Shown: piece by piece, positions 23,936 to 35,865 of the stretch
How the letters are laid out: every line of letters starts with the position of its first letter
Position numbering within the stretch: position 1 is the first letter of the stretch
From: Lama glama
Taxonomy: Eukaryota
Direction of reading: 5' to 3'
DNA length: 64,000 nucleotides
Assembly (NCBI GenBank): GCA_028534125.1
Contig: CM052816.1
Coordinates: 97,900,001 to 97,964,000 of the forward strand
Notes under the pieces: model-generated
Seen by the model: only the letters and a program-made list of their open reading frames with translations
Told to the model about the DNA's origin: nothing
Databases searched by the model: none
Made by a program: the position numbers and the translations under genes

Positions 23936-25052
23936 GTAAAAGGCACCATTCCAAACAAAAATTAGTTTCCCCAAAATATTTAGTTCAAAGTAAACCTAAG
24001 AAATGCAGCTGAGACTATTTAGAATCATAATTATACAGGAACACGATTAAACTTAAGGAAATGTGGTCAATGTTACTTAGCAGAAACACAGTCTTAAAAA
24101 GCTAAAAACACTCTTGCTGAGAAGAAAAAGTACTCCTTCTAAGTAGTTATGAATACAGCAAAAAATTTTCCTCAAATTAGAACAGTGAAAATCAGATCAG
24201 GGCAGATACTAATTAACTAGGAAATACAGAGGAAGTTACCATAATAAAAGTAAAACAAACAAAAAAGAGAAGCTTTGAGAATATCTAGTAAAGAAAGTAA
24301 CCTACAAGATCAGAATGTCAGTTTTAGCTTGCCATTTCCTCTAACCCTGTTGGCAAACACTCATCTTCATTTCTGATCTGTATGGAGTCAAAATCTCAAA
24401 ATAAATAAAATAGATGATTAAGAAAAAAAAGCAAAGAATTGATCCCAACGGTTAAAGTAGAACACAGACCAATAACCAAGCAAGGAAATAAGAGTGCTCA
24501 ACACAGTAATCTCAAATTAGACACTCCTGTTAAAACTACTCAAGAACGCTAATAATCACCTCTATTGTTCAATACTGCTCTTGAATTTCTTGCTAATTTA
24601 AGAAGCGAACAATTAACAAAAGCAACAGCTTCAAATACTGCAAAACAAGAACCTGAGATATTTGAGAAAGGTGGGACTGCGAGGCTAGAAGGCCTGAGAA
24701 TAACAACAAAACCTGGAACTCATGACATAATCTCAGCAGCATGGCTGGTTGTGGAAACGTACAAACATAGAGAGCTTTGACTCATCCTGGTTATGAAATG
24801 TATTTGGGGAAACATTCTTACTCACAATAAAAAAAAATCAAGCATCTAAAAATAACCTTAGCAGAAATGCACAAGATTTATAAGAACGGTACACAGATCT
24901 TCCCAGAGACAGAAAAGAGTATTTGGCATGAAGAAATGTTAACATGTGGGATGAGGATTTCAGGGCTGAAAATAACGCTACCGTCTGAATGTCGAGCGTG
25001 AACAATTGTCCAGATAGAAGCCTAACAAAACAACCAAACTTAAAAAAGTAAT

Positions 25053-25058
25053 TTTATT
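25053..25058 (-). terminator. SRD5A1: Candidate distal poly(A) signal of SRD5A1
   Basis: AATAAA on the minus strand followed by U/GU-rich sequence (TTTTTTAAGTTTGGTTGTTTTGTT). Confidence 0.55.
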
Positions 25059-25449
25059 AAACTCCTTAATTACTGTAATTAATAATGACTGATGATGATT
25101 TGCTAAGTTACAGTTTTCAGCACGTGGAAGACAGCCAGACTAGACAGAGCAGGATCTCTTCCTATGTGGATCATCCATCCAGAGCCGGAGGGTGAAGCAG
25201 GAACAGTGCGTCAAGGCCTGAGTTAACGCAAACTTTTGCACCCACAGGTCACTCAAATAAAAAGAAGCACCAACAGAAGTAAAGTTCACAATGAGCTTCT
25301 GGCTCTCAGACAAGCATGTTCCCGGCCAGGTACGCCTTCCAGAGCACAGGGGCCCAAACCAGTCAAGACTTGGTCAAATTTCTGAGTTTTCTGGAGATCT
25401 GAAATATTTATCGTTTTATGATTTCAAGTAATTATTTAGTCAGAAAAAG

Positions 25450-25455
25450 TTTATT
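25450..25455 (-). terminator. SRD5A1: Candidate proximal poly(A) signal of SRD5A1
   Basis: AATAAA on the minus strand about 1.2 kb after the stop codon. Confidence 0.5.
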
Positions 25456-26680
25456 TGATCATAAAGTTTCCCTGTAAAAGCATCCCATTTTCTGGTGAAA
25501 ATGAAGCCTAGCCACCTCAGGAAAAGTTTTCTGTGTAATTTTAAAACCCCAAGAGGCCCTAAAAAGCACGAACACCGAGAGTACAGCCTCCACGTGGAAA
25601 CACGAGGGAGAGAAGCCCTGGTCGGAAGGTGACGCAGGAGACAGGGGAGGGGCTGATGGGGTGCCCAGGACGACCCTGCCACCCAGCATGGTCAGCGATC
25701 AGAGTGAACACAGACTCCACTCCCACTGCTCCCTCCGCTTCCACCTCTGCAAGGCGGCAGCAAGGGAGGCAGCCCTGTCCCAGGACAGGGAGGGTCTGCA
25801 CCACGTGTTCCCTAGAGGTTTACAGAGGGCCCAAGGGGTTTCTTTTAAACCATCTGGCGATGAGTAGTGCATTTAATTACTGCCATTGATGTCCATGGAG
25901 TTTCAAGTGGATTTGAATAAGAAATTGTTTCCAGTTATGGTTTTGCAATATTGGGAGGGACTTTAAAAAAAAGATGCCTTAAAAAAATTCTAATTCTACC
26001 TAGGAGGAGGAAGAAAATCCATCTCATGGCCAGTGACCTGAGATGGGAGGGCTGCCCTGCGGCACCTTCATGCTCCCAGCCAAGGGCCCTTCCTGGGGGA
26101 CACAGCGGCTTGCTCCTTAACATCGTCAGTGCCTTGTCCTGCTAGTGAAGTCACCTGTGAGCCAGGCTGGAGCAGGTGCCAGAGGCCTTTGCGCCGGCCT
26201 CCACTGGGCCTCTCCCTCCTCTATGCCCAGCTTCTCCCTGGCCAGCGAGAGGCATGGGTACAGTGTGGGTTGCCAGGCCCCTCTGACCTAGTGGGAGGAG
26301 AGGGATGTGAGGACAGGACATGCCTCTGTGGGGGGAGGGGCAATATCACCTTTGCCCTTAAACCAGTTGCTGCAGGGGTTGTATAAGGGGTAGAGAAATG
26401 TTTTGGTCCAGAGAGGCAAATTCAAAATCGGAGGAGGCCAGCCGCCATTACAGAGTTCCCGACTCCTGACCTGCGCGGCGTCACACTTCAACCCGCGTTT
26501 CAAATTAGCTGGCCTGTTATTAGGTAGCTTACAAATCTGCCAGCAGACGCAAAATCCCAGAGCAAATCTTGACAAGGATGAAGCAGCAGAAAAATCACGG
26601 AGACGTACATTCATTTACATAATCCCCGGAGGAGCATCGTCGAGGGGCTTCAAGTCGAAGAGAATTCCACTGCCAGGAAC

Positions 26681-26747
26681 TCAGAACAAGAACGGAATCA
26701 TGGCTTTTCTGAATTTTGGATAATCTTCAAATTTGTCAAGGTACCAC
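26681..26747 (-). CDS. SRD5A1: Steroid 5-alpha-reductase 1, coding exon 5 (67 nt, includes TGA stop)
   Basis: Acceptor TTTCTTGTTTCAG|G; encodes (Q)WYLDKFEDYPKFRKAMIPFLF*. Confidence 0.95.
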
Positions 26748-27839
26748 CTGAAACAAGAAAAAAAAAACACATTAAAAGAGGTTAATTTTCTCACTGAAAT
26801 ATTTAAGAGATGCTAACAACAGGGACAGTATTTTTCACTGTAAAGGGATGCTGAGCTTTCTGAAAGTCGTACTAAAAATTCTGGCATCTTAGAACCTTAG
26901 TTTGACTTTTGTCTGTATTGTGAATAAACATATCTGGTTATAAAGTGTGATTCACGAAGATGTAACCCATGTAATTCACCACTACAGTGTCAAGGAAAAT
27001 CTCAGGCACGTGGCTGAGAAGCCGCTCTGCCTACTGGGGAGTGGTCTGCAGGCCCAGAGCATGCAGGTCTGGGGGGGCGGGGGGCGCGAGCAGTATGTCC
27101 TGAGTACCTCCTGGTGACTCCCAGAGTTTTCTCCTGTCCCCAGAGAGAACCGCTGCTTCAGACCCGGGGCCTGTGGCAAGGACGCCCGGCGACTTGCCAG
27201 GAGACTCTCACACAAACCCGGGAAAACGCAACGAGGGTCGTTGACAACTTGGCCCTGCACTTACACAACAGCTATTCTCAGTTTTGATACAAATTATACC
27301 AGCCAAGGCACACTCATGCGTTGGGGTGGAGGGGACAGCTAGCTGAGGAGGGTGGTGACTAAGTGGATGGAATAAAAATTAAAATTTGCCAAGATGAGGA
27401 AATAGGCAGAAACAGGGAGCTTCCATCAGCACAAAAGAGCACTAAACAGACTAAAAACATGATGAAAAGTAATTAGCGATCTGTTAAGATGGCAGATATA
27501 TACGAAAACAACAAACTGAAAACGAGTTGGCAAAAATCCTGATTTTTCAACAGGTGCAACGTCACCACAAATACAGAACCGCTGCGTATCGGACAGCCGT
27601 GTCGACTCTCACGTGCTGATCTGTATTCCCCAAGAGGCCCGTAATAGGAAAAACCCCTGGAAGGTGGTCGGCAGACCTGGGGGGTGAAGCATCACCTCCC
27701 CCGGCACAGTGACAGCAGACCTTCCAGGTCAGCGACGGGCCTGAGGCGAGAGGGATGGTGGAGGGTGCTGGTGCCAAGCGCGTAGGAGCACGATCCGTGC
27801 ACCGACTCACGCGGGCCGGCGCTGCCATCCAGAGGGCAC

Positions 27840-28155
27840 CCCCAGAGCCCTGCTGAAAACCTCGTGCCCGAGGTGAGGACCGTATTAGAAGTGAGGCCTC
27901 TGGGAGGTGATCAGGTCATGAGGAAGGAGGCAAGAATGGGGTTAGTGCCCGATTAGAGCGGCCCCGCAGCTCCCTGCCCTTTCCACCCTCTGAGGTTACA
28001 GGGAGGTGGCGCTGTCTGCAACCCAGAAACGGCCTGGTTGGCACCCTGATCTCGGATTTCCAGCCACCAGACTGCGAGGAATAAACAAACGTCTGTTGTG
28101 AATGAGCTACCCAGTCTGTGGTGCGCTTGTCACAGCAGCCAGCACCGACTAAGAC
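27840..28155 (+). mobile_element. MaLR LTR (MLT1A-like) in SRD5A1 intron 4
   Basis: GGGAGGTGATCAGGTCATGAG...GGCACCCTGATCTCGGATTTCCAGCCACCAGACTG...CCCAGTCTGTGG...GACTAAGACA is a typical MLT1 3' end. Confidence 0.75.
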
Positions 28156-29982
28156 AGCCTGCTCGGGATCTGGGGCTCGGACCAGGAGCAGCTCCTAAGA
28201 CCTCCCGATGGGTCAGGGGAGCGGACGCTGCACAAGCAGAGGCAGGAGGCAAGCTCCTGTCCTGAAACTGCCCGAGAACGAGGGCCTGCCGGCCGCAGAC
28301 AAGTAACAGTGTCAACAAGTGGGAGCTGACAGTCACCCGGCCTCCCCGGGGCGGCTGGAGGGGCAGTGCAGTGGTGCGGCACAAAGGTCCTGCCTGTCTG
28401 ATTGCCGAGACCGCAGATCCACCCCAAGCAAATACACTCTCTGATTTATGCACATGTGCGTGTGCATACGTGTTCCTAAAAGGGCAGGCGGCATCTTTCT
28501 GTTTTCTTTCTCATTCATTTTTCTAACCCTAGTATCAAAGCTGTCACTTACGGGACACTGACCAGGGCTGGATACCAAGTTTTGGTCTTGATTTTACCAC
28601 TGTTGAGCCTGGGTTAACGTCCTGCTGCCTTTCTGTTGGATGTAAAATAACTTCTATCCGAGGGATGCCCACTTCCCCATGTTCAGATTATGCTAAATCT
28701 GAGGTAATTCTTTGAATTACTCTTCAAAGCAGTCGCCGTGTTTCTGGCTCACAAACAGCTCTGTGTTCCCAGTCTCTCTCCGGGAAGTTTTTCTCTGCAG
28801 GGTTGGGCCCCTGACAGCTGAGTAAACACTTTGCAAAGAGTTCACAACGGCTATGTACTCAAGTCTGATGAAACAGGCTGTGACAATATGGCAACAGCTC
28901 ATATTCTGCTGGGTCTTTTTTTTTCAAATCACTGCATCATCAACCATGGTGTCTTGAAGACACACTGAGTTCATTTTTTTAGGTGACATTAAGGTTAACA
29001 AATAGATAAGCACGGAATGATTTTTTATTTCAACAGGAGTCTCCCCTTAAACACCGTCCTTGAGGTTTGCCTCCAGCTTCCAGTATCTGGGGTGAACAAG
29101 CACACCTGAGCCCACTCGCCCACAGACAGCTGCCAAGTCGTGTGCAAAACCACAGGCATGGCTGCTGGAGAAAACGGTGTGAAAAACTTCGCCCTAGCCA
29201 CTCCTTGCCCTCAAAACAGAGTATCTGTTAGCTACTTGGCACAACTGACCCGAAGCTTCTGACCTGCAGCTTTACCTACCAATATGCTAGTCACTGATGA
29301 ATTTAAACACTTCATGTCTAGTTCTCATAGAACGAAATTCATTATAATGAAACACTGCTTTGAGAACCTTGTTAACAAGTCAAATACAGTTCAAGGACTA
29401 GCCTCACAGACTGTTTCCTGTTGGAGTCAATTTATCTGACAGTTTCATCAGTTGGGTTCACTAGATTCTGAAAAAAAAAAAAGGATAGCTTTTATTTTGT
29501 TCTCAGCTTGTAAATCCAACATTTCTGAACATACTTCCAGTCAACTGAATTGATTAAAATTGATTTCAACCTGACATCAATTTAAATAGCAAATGAATGA
29601 AAGAGAGCCCTTTCAACCCACGAATCATTCTGCAAAGAACACCTCTGGGTTGTTTTTAACAAAGGCTTTCGTCTGGAAAACAGAATTATTTATTTTTTAT
29701 TACTATATGTTTCACATTCAAATGGTGAGAGGGATTTTCCTGTTTCCATTCGAGAAAACATCTCTACAACTGGCTTGGCATGCTCCTCTTCAGTCTGCCT
29801 CTGCTCCAGTCTCTTAAACCATCAGGATTCTCTCACTTGTTTTTATTATTAGAAACCAACCAATATTCGCTTTTTAATATCTAAGATAACAAAGGTACAG
29901 GAATAGCATCTTCTCCTAGAGGCGACAGGAGCCTGAGAAGTTGACCTTGGGTCCCCTGTACTGGGCTGTGTGGGCAGGTGCT

Positions 29983-30080
29983 GGGGGGAGGGAGAGGGGG
30001 ATGAGGGGAGGGGGAGGGGAAGAAGGGGTAGAGGGAGGGGGAGGGGAGGAGGCGGCGTGGGCAGGAGGGGGACGGAGGAG
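29983..30080 (+). repeat. G-rich polypurine tract (G-quadruplex/H-DNA-capable)
   Basis: GGGGGGAGGGAGAGGGGGATGAGGGGAGGGGGAGGGGAAGAAGGGGTAGAGGGAGGGGGAGGGG. Confidence 0.75.
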
Positions 30081-30462
30081 ACAGCTGGCTGTTGTCATCA
30101 CTGCCCTTACATGAATCTAGTTTGGTTTTATTCATTTTCTAGGACTTTGTTAGATATTTTTAGTCTACAGCGGTAATAACGTATTATTTCAGTCAAGCTT
30201 GTTTTGTGTATGAATCTTTCTGGTTCTGAGAAAAATGATTCACAGAAAAACAGCCTGAGGTTTGGGGAAGCAGAGGAGAAAACTGAGGACCTCAAGGTCC
30301 TCTCTGCCTCTGCCTGTGGCCCAACGATTGGTTTTGGACTCATCTAGCTAAAACTTGGTATAAATTGGGATAAGGCAATAACACGTCCAAACTCTAACCT
30401 GAAAATTGGTATACTGACGTCAGAGGACAGATGGAAAATGCTAGAAGTGTTTTAAAACGTAC

Positions 30463-30613
30463 TGGTGATGCTGCTGAGCCCTGGTGACCAGGGTGCAGAA
30501 CGTGAAGAGGGCGAACGCCCAGCCCTGGACGGACCAGGACGCCAGCGCGTAGCCGCACCACTCCACCACCTCCCCGAAGTAGTTGGCTGCAGAGACGTAC
30601 TCAAACAAGCCGC
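30463..30613 (-). CDS. SRD5A1: Steroid 5-alpha-reductase 1, coding exon 4 (151 nt)
   Basis: CTCCTAG|GC ... CA|GTACGT; encodes GGLFEYVSAANYFGEVVEWCGYALASWSVQGWAFALFTFCTLVTRAQQHH. Confidence 0.97.
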
Positions 30614-32289
30614 CTAGGAGAAAACAGAGACAGCAGGGTGTTGGCCACAGAACGATGCCGAACAAAACCCTGACTTCAGAGACACCGGTGAATACTTACT
30701 CGGAGAACGTGAAAGTCAACTATGGGAAAATACAACCTTCACAGAATTTCCATCAATGAAACACACCCAACATTACCAGTTTCACTATTTCATATCACAA
30801 CGATGTGCCTGTGTCAATACCTACCTGTTCATCTGACTACTAGCTGCCATGGCTTTAACACACTCTAATGCATCACTTCACTAGTTAATGGGCCCAGCTG
30901 ACATAACCTAAGTGAGGACAGGGAACATGGAACAAGTCAATGAACTAGTTTGGTAAAATGGACTTACATGGGCCCCTAGGCAAAAACTGAAGACAATACT
31001 AATTTCCAAGGACAGACTCACTCATTCACTCACTCATCAAGGCTTCAGATTCATCAAATCTACATTACGGGGCAGACCCTGCTCTAAGCACGTGGGGTGC
31101 ACCGTGGACGAGACCCCTCCCTCACATCTGGGCCATTACACCCCAGGGAGGGTGCAGAGGACTCAAGGCCAGAGCAGGGCAGGCCGGGAGGGGAAGTCGG
31201 GCTGGGCAGGAGGGAGGTCGGGGCGCCGGCAGTGGTCAGGCCGGAGAGCAGAGCCACACACTCCGAGGGTAACCACGACTGAAGTCACGTGAGGTTGACA
31301 GGGTTCTGGTCATCTGTAGCTGTTATTCCTGCGTGGTCTCCAGGAGGTTAAGCAGAAGGATTCCAAGCAGAGGGTGCTCCTGCACCCTCCTACTTCCCCT
31401 CCAGTTTTAATTTTACCCACTGAATTTTTTTAAAAAAATTTTTAGACGCTCCATTGTTTTCCAGCTTACATCCACTTAGTTCTCTTTTTAGCACATTACT
31501 CCTTTACTCGTAAGTTCAATCCCTTTTAGCTTTTTTAACCATCGGAGTATTCACCTAATAACCTGTTTCTATGAACGCTAAGATCTGCGCTTGCTCTCAT
31601 TCACGGTGCCATTTCCTCGTGGGTCCCCAACTTTGGACTGTGGCCCTTACTCTGTGGTGTGTGGCCCGTTGGGCTCTTGGAGGCCTGCGTTGAAGGCAGG
31701 TTCCCTGGGGACCTGGGCTGTCACTGGCCACAGGTGGGAGCGCACCACCCCCAGGACCACATGGAGCATAATTCATGTCTGGACGTGTTTCAGACCAGGC
31801 GAGCAGCACAGATTTGGGCTACAAACCAGTGTGAGGGTCAGAAAGTGGCTCCAGGCTCTCCCAAGGGCACGCTGCGCTCTAACGCTCACTTAAGATTTTG
31901 CCCTCTGATGATAACTCCCTTTCTTGACACCGTTCTGATGCATTTAAAAATTTCACCCAATATTTTTAACTGTTTTCAGAGGGAGGGTCAAAGTATCCTG
32001 CCACAGATGAAGCACTGGACACCCCTTGTAAAGTGTAAATTCCTACTCATACTTTCTTTCCAAATACAGATATAACTAGTTTCCTTTTTGCTTAATAACC
32101 ATTCAGTTAGTCAGAATTGCTTCTCTTATCATTTTAATAAAACAATAATCCTGGTCATTGCTACTAATGATACTGATTCTCACTGAAAATGTGCAACAAA
32201 TAAATACTTCAGCTATGAGAGCTGGCAAAACTGAAACAGCAAGGCATTCAGTGCAGTTTGAGGATAAATTCCTCATTTTCCGTACATAC

Positions 32290-32391
32290 CCCTTGGTATT
32301 TTATATCCAGTCTCCCCTGGTTTCCTGAGGTTCCTTAGGACATGATCTGAGTGGATGTTTATCAGAAGGCCAGCCAACCACAAGACGAAAC
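32290..32391 (-). CDS. SRD5A1: Steroid 5-alpha-reductase 1, coding exon 3 (102 nt)
   Basis: TTTCTTTAG|GT ... G|GTATGT; encodes GFVLWLAGLLINIHSDHVLRNLRKPGETGYKIPR. Confidence 0.97.
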
Positions 32392-35300
32392 CTAAAGAAA
32401 ATACATTACTCAAGAGTGTTACGGCTAAATAAACCACCAGGTTCACAAACTGAACAGTAGGACTGGAATCCTTCCCATTACCATCAGTGGTGTAACACAT
32501 TAGCCGTAACTGGCAGGAAAAATCATCGTGACAAATAATGTCCTTTGCTCGGAAAGATGATTTATAACGCCGCTCCAGGCACGCTAGATAGCGCTTTGCT
32601 CTCCTAGTAATACTAACACATGATCTAATACATTCAAATGCTTCAACCAGGTGGCCACAGCCTTGTGTTTTCAGGATGACTAGCATGATTAGGAACGTGA
32701 CTTGTGACTTTGGCCCAAGGCTCTCTTCTAGGACAAGGCATCACCGTCACCAGTGAGCCAGCCCATGGGACTTATCTGTCTTTCCCAAAGCCGTGTCTGA
32801 AGCCTGCCGCCTCTCTGCTGGGCAGACGAGGCGGTGAAGTCCCAGCACACAGCTGCCTTCAGGCCCCTTGGGGGGTGGTTCCGAGGAGCTAATCCCTGGT
32901 TCTCTTCTCTTCCTCCTCAGTCATCTCATCTGAACAGTTTAATGCCTATCCATGGTGCCCCCCACCACGATTTCCTGCTCACTCGTCCATCGGTATTCCT
33001 GGGTCTGTCCATTTCAGCTCCCAAGAAAATCTTCTACTGCCGGCTGCCCGGCTCTTACTAGACATCCCATAGCATCTGAAGGTCTTCTCTCCCATTCATA
33101 AAAGTCTTCAGAGGTTTTTCATCACCTTGAGGAGACTTCGTAGGATCATATCAATGAATTCCAACAAGAAAAGGCAAAATGTCAAAACAGTGTTAATTTG
33201 ATTGTCCTGAGATATTCAAAAAATGTGAAAAGGCAGATGGTGCGTAATGGCGGCATTCGATTCCGTATCACAGAAACGTACACTTGGAGTAACATTATGG
33301 ATTATTCGTCAGTTATGCTAGTGGCATCAAACAGTTTTCCACGGTCAGAACAGGGACGTGTAAATCCCGTTCAAGTTACAGTAAGGGTTTCAGGGTTCCT
33401 TACTTCTGACTTCCCTCGGCAGCTTTCTCTCTAAACAGTTTGTACCCAGTTTTGTTTTGTGATATGTTTTATGACCCACTTGCTGGACCCATCAATTGAT
33501 AGCTGACTCTCTCCCTCCTTTGAGTCTCAGTACGCCACTCCCAGGTGACCTGGCCCCCAGTGTGAGGTTCCAGAAAAAATCACATTCTCAACATTTCATG
33601 CTTATTTCGTTTCTCTTCTAGGAGGCAAGCTTCCTTCATTGCACAGATTAGAAAGGACATTAATATTTGTGCTCATCTGAGCTAAACGCTTAATTCCACA
33701 GTTAGGGATCGTAACATCTCTGTACAAATTCTTTCAGATTCACTGCTTTTACTGCTCTGGAAGACTTCTTGTTAGGATTTGATGCCTATTTGCTTAGCTT
33801 TTTGTGGCAACTACTGTAAATATAATGAATTATTTATGTGATTTCAAGAATTATTCATGTAATTACAAAAGCTATAAACTTTATGAGATAAAGATAATAC
33901 CCAACAAAGTAACCTCATTTGTTTTTTCAATTGGCATTTTCTTTTTTCTTCATTTTCGGTTCCTTCTGTTCAATGGGAGAGGGGCAGGAAGTCTGTATAC
34001 AATTTATTGATGCCTTAAATTTTACACCAGCTTCACAGAGGCACCTACAAGAAACATGGTCTAGCTGAATGACAGTTAAACTCACAGACCAAAAGAACTC
34101 TTTGGTTTTGTTGACGTTCATCAAAAAGTATCTAAACACAGAAATGATTCCCATGAGAATCTCAAGTAAACACTTAAAATCTTTATCTTTTAGTTGAAAA
34201 TCAACCCCCTTCCTTTGTCCCCCACTGCCTGCTTCTGTAGGTCCGCGTGATGAGCTGGTGCAAACCATCACTCTGCTATTACTCGATTTAGATCTTGGGC
34301 CAGCTGCTCAACATTCTGACTTTTCCTTCCTCGTGGGAACAGAATCTAATTTCTGCCCTTTTCTGGACCTTGGGAGGCAGAAGGTGTGTGTGCAGCTCCA
34401 GGCAGGTGGCCGAGCCTGTTCCCTCTCCTCCTCCTGATAGCGGGGGCAGAAGAAAATCAGATAGTCAAAGAGCTGGTAAATCAAGTTGATGTTTGGGGCA
34501 GCGTCCAAGCAAAACAATTTGGTCTCGTGTTTCACGGAGGCAGAGATTTGTGAAGCTGGAGAAGGATCCTGAAAATGTTTGCATACATCCTTTCTTTGAT
34601 GGATAAGGAGGCAGACCCCTTGTTGTGACAATTCTCAGGTATGACGAGGACACTGCCCTGGGAACACAGCTTTAATTCACAGAAAATGTATGACTGAGAA
34701 ATGTGAAAGGGCTTCGTCAACAACAAAGTACTTTTCAAAATGTTAGTTTTCTCTTATTTACTTCTACAAATTGATACACATGGGGAAAAAGCCAAATGAA
34801 ATGGAAGGTCACTTTACACTTTATGGAGCTTAAGGTAAAGGAAGTGGGGCAGTTTGAAAATCTGATGGTCCAATTTCAGACTCTTAGTACGCTCCCACGG
34901 CAGCAAGCGCTCTCTGAATGTGCTAGAATTTCCAGAGGCTCTGAGGGTAAACATTATAGGAGATCTTTCCTTATAAATAAGATGCCCCAAATTATGTATT
35001 TAGCAACATTCTTGCAAAATTTTTTTAAATTTTGTTTTTTTACTGAAGTGTAGTTGATTTACCATGTTAATTTAGGAGGTATTTTGCAAATATTTTTGAT
35101 GGCTAATGTTTTATGATCGTTTTTGCTCAGGTTAGAACTTTGTTCTAATGAGAACTTGAAAAATGTATATTAATTTACACTAATGGATAAAAATAAAAAC
35201 ACTTTGAGAACTTCACAAACCTAACAGTGTACTCAAGTCAGTCTAACCGTAACAGCCTGATTTCCTTGTGGGAAGATGACCTAACCCGACGTCCTATCAT

Positions 35301-35698
35301 TTTCCAGAAGAAACTGCAGGAGGTTTAATGCCTATCTTAGATTACACGGCCGATTAGTGCCCAAGCCTCCTCTGCTTTAGTCCACTGCCCACCCTGCTGG
35401 GGCCTGCTGCTATTTTTAGGTGCACCTGAAGAACAGGTATTTGCACTTTCAGCCCTTGAGTGGGCGAGGGTGCCGGCACCTGTGTCAGCTCGGGCTGCTG
35501 ATGCGGCCCCGGGACAGCCTGACTCCCTGCCGCCCAAGCCAGCGCTGCTGTCCCCTCCCGCCTCCCCGGCCAGGTCAGTCATGAACCTTTCGACCCTGTG
35601 TTCTCTCCAGAGATGTGTGTTTCCTAACTAGAAATGATTGGAACATGAAAATTGAAGTTATAATTAGAACGGCGGCAGGCATCACTAAGGACCTTCAC

Positions 35699-35865
35699 CT
35701 GTTAGGAATCGGGGGTCGGTGACCCAGTCGTCCGAGTACACGGCATACTGGCTCAGGTAGCGGCTCTGCAGGTAGCCGTTGTAGGTGCAGAACACGAAGG
35801 CCAGGACAAACGAGTAGAGCGGCGTGGGCTTCCCTCCTCGGATCAGAAGCGAGAAAATCAAGGTC
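35699..35865 (-). CDS. SRD5A1: Steroid 5-alpha-reductase 1, coding exon 2 (167 nt)
   Basis: TTCTTGTTTCCTGAG|G ... G|GTGAAG; encodes TLIFSLLIRGGKPTPLYSFVLAFVFCTYNGYLQSRYLSQYAVYSDDWVTDPRFLT; phases match exons 1 and 3. Confidence 0.95.
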
